Made by a program: the position numbers and the translations under genes. A stretch of DNA of 64,000 bases from Pelobium sp. GTDB taxonomy: Bacteria > Bacteroidota > Bacteroidia > Sphingobacteriales > Sphingobacteriaceae. Shown piece after piece: positions 33,501 through 40,743 of the stretch. The notes under the pieces are model-generated. The model was not told the DNA's origin, did no database searches, and saw only the letters and a list, made by a program, of their open reading frames with translations. Within the stretch, counting starts at the first letter, position 1, and each line of letters opens with the position of its first letter. The stretch lies in NCBI GenBank assembly GCA_965218985.1, contig CBDCMP010000004.1, positions 330,869-394,868 on the forward strand. Direction: 5' to 3'.

Positions 33501-33998
33501 CGGTACAGGAGAGTCTTCTAAATCCTGCTCCTCTTCTGAATAATCAGTTTCTGTCAAGCAAAAGTCTAATATACCAATAAACAACTCTTTATCTGAATGA
33601 TTTATAACTTGTAAAAGAAGATTAAAAAACGAATTGGGAGAAAATCCAAAAGCTGAGAGTTTAAAAGAAGAAATATAATTTAAGATATCCCATTTCCAAT
33701 ATAACGAGATTGGAATGACACTATAATCTGAATTAGGCTCTTCCGTTTCAAGATCGGGGTTTAGGATTAATGCTAATCCGGTACCGGGTATCTCTATTCT
33801 TAAAATTTCAGAAAAGCTTACTAAATCTAATTCGTAAAATGTGCCAGATTTATTTGAAGAACTATTATTTACCTGAAGATTTCTAAAATATATTCTATTT
33901 AACATCGTCTCGAAAGCATCGGAGATGAAGTTTAGTTTCTCAGGTATTTCGCCTAAGGTAATAACGGTGGACAATGGGGAATAAAATACATCTGCCAT
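27597..33998 (-). CDS. Giant beta-rich hypothetical protein, 2133 aa (DUF6603-like core, probable LamG-like insert)
   Basis: Uninterrupted ORF; long amphipathic beta-strand region (aa ~280-1030) including PLGGTGLGIYSLRGLLAQHY; no signal peptide. Confidence 0.75.
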   Translation of the reverse strand: MADVFYSPLSTVITLGEIPEKLNFISDAFETMLNRIYFRNLQVNNSSSNKSGTFYELDLVSFSEILRIEIPGTGLALILNPDLETEEPNSDYSVIPISLYWKWDILNYISSFKLSAFGFSPNSFFNLLLQVINHSDKELFIGILDFCLTETDYSEEEQDLEDSPVPGPIPSQSFTPTYDYLPDTETGSLFLLELGQLEQFVTDAKAKYSSLAITQPLNSNPEIAYSDIRDAFTTEGVDIFTALFDLYIFDDTSLDNTLSQVSGVFSSFLGNDAIGFIKDLLIPQITATAQLSAGLEIPRSALLPLNLNNEIIPGDIKTRLIFDAGEFYFDSKAGFGFEETLALSFHPDTPKAQIANTGLIISFTYAKLDASTTSNIPEADVAGYPVDFVGLYVQHATIEFGKFGQPNPANTSAAIFADDLLIGTGGVSGTIGLEANGKLYRKFGNFAVELNAFSLSFRQNSITGSYIAGKLTIPKFTASGGGLAEIAIEAAIRDNGDFTIRALPQAEPYTITFPEVFELKVRSAAAGSVDGNYYVSISGQLSFIADIPFLGDILPKNIELTKLLIWDDGRIDFEGGSFKVPKTFRLHIGPVNMEVGNIAFGAYQRKLGGVERSYRYFSFDGMVNTGRAGINTTGNGLKYYFTVDDLELDHFISIDRLEIDLAIPGNDREKAAFLLNGFLSVSNPTQVGSVGNTEYTGSVAFSLPKLKIAGSAGMRLNPGVPAFVVDVGMDLPSAAPLGGTGLGIYSLRGLLAQHYLPSKSAVTPPLPETASWLDYYNAPPKGAGISKFANEPGFSVGAGMSLGTIFDSGWTFSSKLFILLGLPNTFIIEGQAGMLRKRIALNDDVDPPFRALIVFGDHAVRGNLSVNFNLPDDGRIFKLQGALDMAFFFNNASGWYLNIGKDQPESAQVRADILTLFKGHAFLMLSSRGIKAGAGIKFDFKKDFGPVSVGLGAFLNLGGFVTFKPVQIGGYIQVGGYAYLKVWKFKIGLSVAISLAVEAPHPFNIVGSLEVSVKVIFKRIRFKLEMSWHFNNDTTIIRSAQPLLQLPEESGGTMPAGAVNILSNESFSINYVLGNDIDVIPAPGQGTWKYDFENPEDARKVTIPLDSFIDIELLKPVKPGAIPLGGAANQLPIGYSELIPPQKGVSKQIKHEYEITGLEIYSWNNSSWVPYDVYKAVSAIVEANTGTGAINLDSLKPGYWQFMEPGKFNKIRLLSQHMFSYGAGQPLDENALDDKNFGKKDVFCFESVWEEQLINWKSIPADTGYPVELPFYINNFKFTLVGNIAAKVDYREGYSGNSLSLTGYTGSLEINLPQELAYVNLQFRENQHTLKVSFIKTRYVISRKLFRSIVVAIDEPVAIMQAPKNEPSPLLELKDNTVPINKILIEFLTAASPDYEGDLMMGNHYRLPDQYDMGDLPGYYRELETKKALAFVTFYNRSFTESEVVESVNGQLAGAIAKWSMYNNRELYSNRYALINGSPDFTESYYEIDDVNKIQQRRVYTFNVRTDGLKAVYYPNLKIENSSFAFGLTAIFSPFEIGLSTLFSKVKEDPESGFRTGYALHLCRTAVTNPNTTYPDAASIPEYSIWFTCYKESGSWGHQVSDKFTIDCNTSTLSKKQYKAIFVNVNRQSGMLDIYIDRILKAIVTIPAELAAYNPSAAQTWLDQLSYVEQETYSRVVENDMKEERMIEELQVLDNAINKTIQPVWRPDTTYAIKVKTRDVVDGQATPERKHVFGFKTAGPVGHFHQQSEKYQLLKEGDRQDEFKLASLKHYIDYERSFPDAQGRFDRSKPVFFHNPQVRLFFTQPYINAMFENWAAYNGQPAITSSLKLQLLNPSGNPIEQELIWNEPIELPVTPETADILPEDIKALYKLNSAAQQCGSVNLSFTRKIRQGTYEFPDLEANKLYTAVFSGVYGREGEALSTNEIHKFGFISSRYSDFIEQAGSFVLDGTPGEEKYAISKYQTNFSTAEINNRLKLLVNENTADDPADVLRYAEPYDRLIYGGIGFKTPDFPAGTEALLIINSAPDSSGEERLIGILLRNPEPFNEPKYTEELLENTVQLSISTEGNVLPASSFRYIHSGERSAVFITNEAMDIPFGLMQLKLIYKVFDGVGYEQLAEVYDSPAIDLQQYLTS

Positions 33999-34004
33999 AA
34001 CAAT

Positions 34005-34769
34005 TTAATTAATAGGTGGTTCTAACTCTTTTATTTTTATTTCTCCGTTATCTAATATCTTTATACTGTAGTTTTGATAAAAGTTGGTTAATCCCCCATC
34101 ATCTCCCTCAAATTGAAAAATTTTTATTTCTTTATTTTTATCTATAAAAAAATATCTTTCTTTTTCATTATAAGGTTCGCTAATAATATTATAGACATTG
34201 ATCACATTTGCCACATTAGTGACAGAATTATAGAGAATTAAATTCCCCGATGATTTGCATAGTCGTTTTTCTTCATAAAAGTTTGGAGGATATTTGACGC
34301 CGTCGTCATTAATTTGAGAATAATAACACTCGTATGGACCTATGCCCTCGAATTTATATCTTATACTATCTATCGAATTTGTTATTGAATCTACAAATGG
34401 TAATTTATCTTGTAATTTAATATAATTTATCTTTTTTATATCGAGACCTTTTATCGTCCTAATAGATGTTAAACGTTCGTAATAGCGATAGATTTTGAGA
34501 AATAAATTATTTACGTTTTTCCATTTCGGAGAGTCCCATCCATAAGATGTATCCAGATTTTCTAAATAAACGCTTCCAAAAGGTAATTTACTCGTCAGGG
34601 GATAAAGATCAGAACTATCTCCTACCACACTATCTTCCGCATTCTTTAGAAATGCTGTTTCCAATTGGATACTGTCACTCTTACGATTAGACCTTTCTTT
34701 TTCTTCTTTTTTATTATCTTGACATGACAATAAAACAACTAATAGACATAAGTAAATTAGAATTTTCAT
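34005..34769 (-). CDS. Lipoprotein, putative immunity protein (allele 2)
   Basis: MKILIYLCLLVVLLSC lipobox; TAATG overlap with the upstream peptidase-domain gene; paralog of 39998-40741. Confidence 0.7.
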   Translation of the reverse strand: MKILIYLCLLVVLLSCQDNKKEEKERSNRKSDSIQLETAFLKNAEDSVVGDSSDLYPLTSKLPFGSVYLENLDTSYGWDSPKWKNVNNLFLKIYRYYERLTSIRTIKGLDIKKINYIKLQDKLPFVDSITNSIDSIRYKFEGIGPYECYYSQINDDGVKYPPNFYEEKRLCKSSGNLILYNSVTNVANVINVYNIISEPYNEKERYFFIDKNKEIKIFQFEGDDGGLTNFYQNYSIKILDNGEIKIKELEPPIN

Positions 34770-37537
34770 TATTTATCTTTATTTAAGTTTCCGAAATGAA
34801 TATGGTTTTCATGTTTTATCAACGGAGTTACATTTTTAAGATTTGCATACTTAGATTTTGTACCTACATAGATCGTATGGAATTTATAAAATCTCATAGC
34901 ATCTATAATAGTCTGATTATTTAATATAGCCTGCTTATATTGTGCGTCATCTACATCAGGGATTTCTTTATTTGCCATAAAATTTTGATAGCGCATATCG
35001 AAAGATGCGCCACTCGCATGTGCTACGCTAGGATAACATGTCCCATTAGAATAAGCTCCACCATTAAAATAATGGGTAAATTGGATAGTTTTTATTAATC
35101 CACCTAAAAAGGCGGCCATCACCTTGGGTGCTAAATACAGCCTTTCAGTGTGGATCAATATTGTTAGGGTTTGATTATTTATTATAAATGTCAGTTTTCT
35201 TAATTTTTCTCCATTAATTATAACTACTTGGAAAAGGTTAGGGTCGAATCTTACCATAAATATTTTTTCTCCTGAATAGGCGTATTTTGTGATTTCACCT
35301 CCATTATTATTTGTTACCCAAATATCCTTATTATTATAATAATAAAAATCATAGATAGTATTTTCACCCGCTAAACCATCTTTTTTAGTCCCATTTGGAG
35401 GTACTGAAGTATATAAAGGAGCTCCTCTATAAGGTCTTTTTATTCCGTTTGAAACGCCCTCTATCTGAATTACCTCACACTCGCAAATCGGATACTCATT
35501 ACCATTTTCATGATGGTATATATATTTTATTAGACTTCCCAGAGTTCCCGCTGTTATATCATTAACCTGTAACACTTCTCGCTTATTATGATATATATGA
35601 AACTCAACCTGATTTGTGGCATCAGGAATTTTATTAGCTGAAAAGTCTTTGGAATTGTAGAAGAACCTATCCATACTGTAAACAATAATAGGCGAACCTG
35701 ATTTGGTAGGCGCTGCATAAGCCAAATCACCATTGCTATCCAAACCCTGTACTTTTAACTGATATTGATATATTGGTAAAGAAACCTGAGTTGAATCGGT
35801 GTAAAGTGCAGGAGCGTCTCCATACGGCTCTAAAAATAAATAGGTGTGATGTCCACTGTCTAAGGAATAAGCGGCTGTTTTAACTGCTTCCATTTCAGCC
35901 ACTGTTAATCCTAAAAATAAAGCAGATTCTCTTTCTTTTAAAGTATTGCTCTGGCAATTCGTAATACTTATTATCTTGATGTCCTCCTCATGTGGTCCAC
36001 TGCTATCCTTATTCTCAAACAGCCTGGTTTCAATTGTTAAATACCTGCCTATCTTATCTGAAAAAGCTTTGCTGTTCAAATCCAGCTTGCTCACCTTGAC
36101 AGGCTTGGGGTACTTTAATCCTGTGGTTCTGTACTGAACCTTTAAATTTGAATAGAATAATACTGCTGCTTCATCCCAAAATGCACCATTGTTAGCTATG
36201 TATTTGAACCCTCCTTCATGATTATTGTTATTCAATTCTTCACCGATGTATACCGGATTTGAATTCTCTGCCTCTCTCAATTTTGAAGTGGGGTTGTTGA
36301 AATCATCAGGGATCAGATTTATGGAACAAAAAGCATGGTCATAATACCTGTTGTTTCTCACAAATGGGCTTGGGGAAGTTTGGTCTATGGCAGAATGAAA
36401 ATAGTGCATTTTGACATAATACGGCTTCGATGGAATGGTAAGGTCGATATATTTTGTCCATCCGGGATTAGTATCATCAATCAAATCATCAAAAAAAGGA
36501 GTGTTTTGATTTTTTGATTTTAAACTTTTTGATTCAATATAAATTAACGGTTTGATATTTCCATCTGTACGTAGTTTAAAGCTAAGATTGGTAATGTTTT
36601 CTAAGTAAATGATTGGCCAGCCTTCAGTATCGTAATTTTGGGATGTAGTGTTATGATTTAAAGCGATATATTGGTAATCCTGATAATAATTATAGGAATA
36701 GCCCTGGTCACTTCTGATGTCCAGATATAATCTATCTTTGGTAAAAAATTTAGAAAGAACATCTGTATATAGTTCAGCTTCCTTTTTTTTGATGGTTGTT
36801 TTGGTCTGACCAGAATAAGTGGAGGTGTTCACTCCTGTTTTTTGGTATGATCCAAAAAAAGCTGTAGGATCAACGAAAGCCAAGATGGCTTCCTTTTTGG
36901 CTCTCAATGTTGATCCCGTTAAGTTGCTAACATCTATGACTGTTTGGTTATTTTTAACAAATTCTATGTCGACAGTAATTTTTTCAGGTTCTAAAATGAT
37001 TTCAAAACCGGTTTCTCCAGTAACAGATGAAACAAATTCACCAAACCATTCCCCTTCCTTTATTTGAATCGGAGCTATGTTTATGTCTGAACTCCTGAAT
37101 ATCTCATTGATGCTCTTATCGGTGGACATGGAGTTGGTGTAGCCTAAAATCCCTGCTTCATATAATTCAACATCTAATCTCGCATTATATATTCTTTGGA
37201 TGAATTCATTGTTTGTTGAACTCTTTTGCACTATAGCCGTACCATCGGCTTTTAATAGACTTACTTTTAAGATTCCCCTGTATATATAATATTTCACTTT
37301 GGAATTGACTTTCTTGGAGCTTGAGATAGGTTCTAATATCACATTGACCAAAGCAGGATTTTCATTAGATTCTTGGACAACCATCATACAGTCTTCACAT
37401 GCAAAGGCCGCGGCATCTTCTTCTAACTGAAACCTTGAAGTCACATTATACTTGGTGGTTTCTTCACCATCCATTGGCCCATATTTATCGGATGGGCTCT
37501 GTACGGGCAGTTTGGTATGGTCAATGAAGAAATGCAT
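34769..37537 (-). CDS. Putative polymorphic toxin, 922 aa, conserved N-terminus plus C-terminal LAS (M15/M74-like) Zn peptidase (allele 2)
   Basis: HASGASFD (H-x6-D) and HENHIH (HxH) near the C-terminus; no signal peptide. Confidence 0.7.
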   Translation of the reverse strand: MHFFIDHTKLPVQSPSDKYGPMDGEETTKYNVTSRFQLEEDAAAFACEDCMMVVQESNENPALVNVILEPISSSKKVNSKVKYYIYRGILKVSLLKADGTAIVQKSSTNNEFIQRIYNARLDVELYEAGILGYTNSMSTDKSINEIFRSSDINIAPIQIKEGEWFGEFVSSVTGETGFEIILEPEKITVDIEFVKNNQTVIDVSNLTGSTLRAKKEAILAFVDPTAFFGSYQKTGVNTSTYSGQTKTTIKKKEAELYTDVLSKFFTKDRLYLDIRSDQGYSYNYYQDYQYIALNHNTTSQNYDTEGWPIIYLENITNLSFKLRTDGNIKPLIYIESKSLKSKNQNTPFFDDLIDDTNPGWTKYIDLTIPSKPYYVKMHYFHSAIDQTSPSPFVRNNRYYDHAFCSINLIPDDFNNPTSKLREAENSNPVYIGEELNNNNHEGGFKYIANNGAFWDEAAVLFYSNLKVQYRTTGLKYPKPVKVSKLDLNSKAFSDKIGRYLTIETRLFENKDSSGPHEEDIKIISITNCQSNTLKERESALFLGLTVAEMEAVKTAAYSLDSGHHTYLFLEPYGDAPALYTDSTQVSLPIYQYQLKVQGLDSNGDLAYAAPTKSGSPIIVYSMDRFFYNSKDFSANKIPDATNQVEFHIYHNKREVLQVNDITAGTLGSLIKYIYHHENGNEYPICECEVIQIEGVSNGIKRPYRGAPLYTSVPPNGTKKDGLAGENTIYDFYYYNNKDIWVTNNNGGEITKYAYSGEKIFMVRFDPNLFQVVIINGEKLRKLTFIINNQTLTILIHTERLYLAPKVMAAFLGGLIKTIQFTHYFNGGAYSNGTCYPSVAHASGASFDMRYQNFMANKEIPDVDDAQYKQAILNNQTIIDAMRFYKFHTIYVGTKSKYANLKNVTPLIKHENHIHFGNLNKDK

Positions 37538-37598
37538 CGGACAAAAAATTTAGACCTTGAAATATGGGATCAAATTAGCTCATTGATGAGGCATTGTC

Positions 37599-37618
37599 AA
37601 TACCACTAAAGTGGTATT
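37599..37618. promoter_or_regulatory. Palindromic operator-like site upstream of toxin allele 2
   Basis: AATACCACT-AA-AGTGGTATT overlapping a minus-strand TTGACA. Confidence 0.5.
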
Positions 37619-37653
37619 TTTAAGTGACCCGGACAGGGGGCTTATCTGTTTCT

Positions 37654-39975
37654 TTAAGGTGGTGTGGCCGGCCTGCGGAATTGGACAGGATCTGCATCAA
37701 CGACCGCAGCGGCATCCTTTATGTCCCTTTTCGGGGCGGGAAGCGTGCCGAAACGCCCAGACCGTTTTTCAATGGTCAGGCTGCCTCTGCCAGCCCCATC
37801 CCCACATCCACCACAAAGGCAGGGACCCCCGGGTTCAACCGCATGCCCGCACTTCCGGCTATTTTCAGCTTGGGCAGCGAAAAGTCTACCGAACCGGTAT
37901 ATTCGGACGAGGCCACCGAGCCTCCCGTTGTGGGATTGGCGACACTCAGGAAACCGCTCAGCAGGAAGGCTGCCTTTTCTCTGTCGCCGCCCGGTATCGG
38001 CCAGGTCTATCTCCAGCCGGTCGATGCTGATGAAATGGTCCAGTGCAAGATCATCAACAGTGAAATAATATTTGATCCCATTACCAGTGGTGTTTATCCC
38101 GGCCCTTCCGGTGTTCACCATGCCATCGAAAGAGAAATAACGGTAGCTGCGTTCCACGCCCCCCAGTTTTCTTTGGTAGGCCCCGAAAGCGATATTGCCG
38201 ACTTCCATGTTGACCGGCCCGATGTGCAGCCTGAAGGTTTTGGCCACCTTGAAGGACCCCCCTTCGAAACCGATCCTGCCGTCATCCCAGATGAGCAGTT
38301 TGGTGAGCTCTATGTTTTTGGGCAGGATGTCCCCCAGGAAAGGGATGTCTGCGATGAAGCTCAGCTGTCCGGAGATGGACACGTAATACCTGCCGTCTAC
38401 GCTGCCTGCCTGCGCACTGCGTATTTTTAATTCGAAGACTTCTGGAAAAGTAATGGTATAGGGTTCGGATCGGGGTAAAGCTTTGATGGTGAAATCGCCA
38501 TTGTCCCTTATCGCTGCTTCTATGGCCATCTCTGCCAGGCCGCCACCTGATGCCGTGAATTTGGGGATGGTGATTTTTCCTGTGATAAAGGAGTTGATGA
38601 TGGCATTCTGCCGGAAGGTGATGGAAAATTCATCCAGCTCGACAGCGAAATTGCCAAATTTTCGGTAAAGTTTGCCATTAGCTTCCAAACCGATAGTGCC
38701 AGAAACACCTCCTGTGCCAATCAATAAATCATCTGCAAAAATTGCGGCACTGGTGTTCACGGGATTGGGCTGCCCGAATTTTCCAAATTCTATGGTTGCA
38801 TGTTGCACATACAAACCCACAAAATCAACAGGGTAACCCGCTGCGTCTGCCTCGGGGATGTTTGAGGTGGTGCTTGCGTCCAGTTTCGCATAGGTGAAGC
38901 CGATGATGAGACCTGTATTTGCAATCTGGGCTTTGGGAGTGTCTGGATGGAAGCTGATGGCCAAGGTTTCCTGAAAACCGAAACCTGCCCTGGAATCGAA
39001 ATAAAACTCTCCTGCATCAAAGATCAGCTTTGTTTTAACATCTCCAGGGATGATTTCATTATTTGAATTTAGAGGGATTAAGGCACTTCTTGGTATTTCT
39101 AAACCTGCGGAAAGCTGGGCGGTAGCTGAGATTTGGGGGATGAGTAAATCTTTTATAAAACCTATGGCATCATTACCGAAGAATCGTGAAAAGATATCAT
39201 TGACACTTTGTATGGCTATTTCTACACCATCTTCTAAATACATTTCAAAAATCGCTGTAAAAATGTTAATACCAGCACCTGCAAAAGCTGAAACAATATC
39301 TAAATATGCAATTTGTGGTTCGCTGTTTAGAGGTTGGGTGATAGCTAAAGTAGGATACTTTACTTTCGCATCGGTAACAAATTGCTCTAATTGACCACCA
39401 TCTAATTCAAATAGAGAACCTGTAAAAGTATCTGGAATATAATCATAGGTGGCCGTGAACTCCTGAACAGGAACAGGCCCTGGATCTGGTGAATCTGCTA
39501 AATCTTCTTCTTCCTCGGTATATTCTATAGGGTTTAAACAAAAATCTAAGATATGGCCAAATAAATCTTGACCAGAATGGTTAGTGATTTGTAGAAATAA
39601 ATCAAAGAAGGCACTTGGTTTGAAGGCAAAAGCTGAGCTTTTAAAAACAGAAATGTAATTTAAGATCTCCCATTTCCATGATAGAGAAATGGGAATTACA
39701 CTGAAATTTGAACTTGCTCCCCCTGCCTCAAGATCTGGATTTAAAATGAGCACTAAACCTGTGCCCGGAATTTCTAATTTTAATATTTCAGAAAAACTTA
39801 TCAGTTCTAACTCGTAGAATGCGCCAGAATTTGTCAATGAATGATTTACCTGTAAACTTCTAAAATAGATTCTGTCTAAAAGTGTGCTTAATCCATTGTT
39901 AATAAAACTTAGGTCGGGCGGTAATTGATCTAAGTTGAAAATTGATGATAAAGGAGAATAAAATATTTCTGCCAT
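37654..39975 (-). pseudogene. Truncated second copy of the giant protein (first ~730 codons, frameshift at ~37999)
   Basis: Near-identical to 27597-33998 from AIGFIKDLLIPQI to IDRLEIDLA, then an extra C and degeneration. Confidence 0.85.
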
Positions 39976-39997
39976 GATAATTTACTTTTACATGTAA

Positions 39998-40741
39998 TTA
40001 AGGTTTCAACTCTTTTATTTTAATCTCACCACTTTCTGATACCGTTATACTGTATTTTTGATAAAAATTTTCTACTCCACCCTCACCCCCTTCAAAAACA
40101 AATACTTTTATTACTTTATCAATTCCGATAAAAAAAAATCTCTCTTCATCATCATAAGGCTCACTAATAATACTGTGAATGTTAATTATTTTAGCAGTCT
40201 TAGAAACGGCATTATATAGAATTAAACTCCCTGAAGTTTCAAGACGTCTTTTATCATAATCAAAATTTGAGGGATAAGTCGTAGCTAAATTTTCAGTTAT
40301 TTGAGCATAATAACATTCATAAGGACCTATATTCTCAAATTTATATCTTATATAATTACTTTCGTTTGTTAAAGAATCTATAAAAGGTTTACTGTATTTT
40401 AATTTGATTGAGTCTATTTCTAATATTTCTGGTTTAGGTATGATTTTTAAATTATTTATTGATTCATAATAGCGATATATTTTTAAATTTAAATCATTTA
40501 CATTTTTCCATTTAGGCGAGTCCCATCCATATGACGTGTCAAGATTCTCTAAATAAATACTCCCAAATGGGAGTTTTCCGTTCAATTGATAAATCCCAAG
40601 ACTATCTTTAACTTGATTTGGAATTGAATTAGTTATTGCATTTTTTTTTGCTTTAACTAAATTCTTTTTTTCATCCGTTTTAATATTACTATTACAAGAA
40701 AGAATGGGAATTAACATCCATAAATAATTTAATTTTTTCAT
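39998..40741 (-). CDS. Lipoprotein, putative immunity protein (allele 1)
   Basis: MKKLNYLWMLIPILSC lipobox; shares LPFGS(I/V)YLENLDTSYGWDSPKWKNVN with allele 2. Confidence 0.7.
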   Translation of the reverse strand: MKKLNYLWMLIPILSCNSNIKTDEKKNLVKAKKNAITNSIPNQVKDSLGIYQLNGKLPFGSIYLENLDTSYGWDSPKWKNVNDLNLKIYRYYESINNLKIIPKPEILEIDSIKLKYSKPFIDSLTNESNYIRYKFENIGPYECYYAQITENLATTYPSNFDYDKRRLETSGSLILYNAVSKTAKIINIHSIISEPYDDEERFFFIGIDKVIKVFVFEGGEGGVENFYQKYSITVSESGEIKIKELKP

Positions 40742-40743
40742 GA

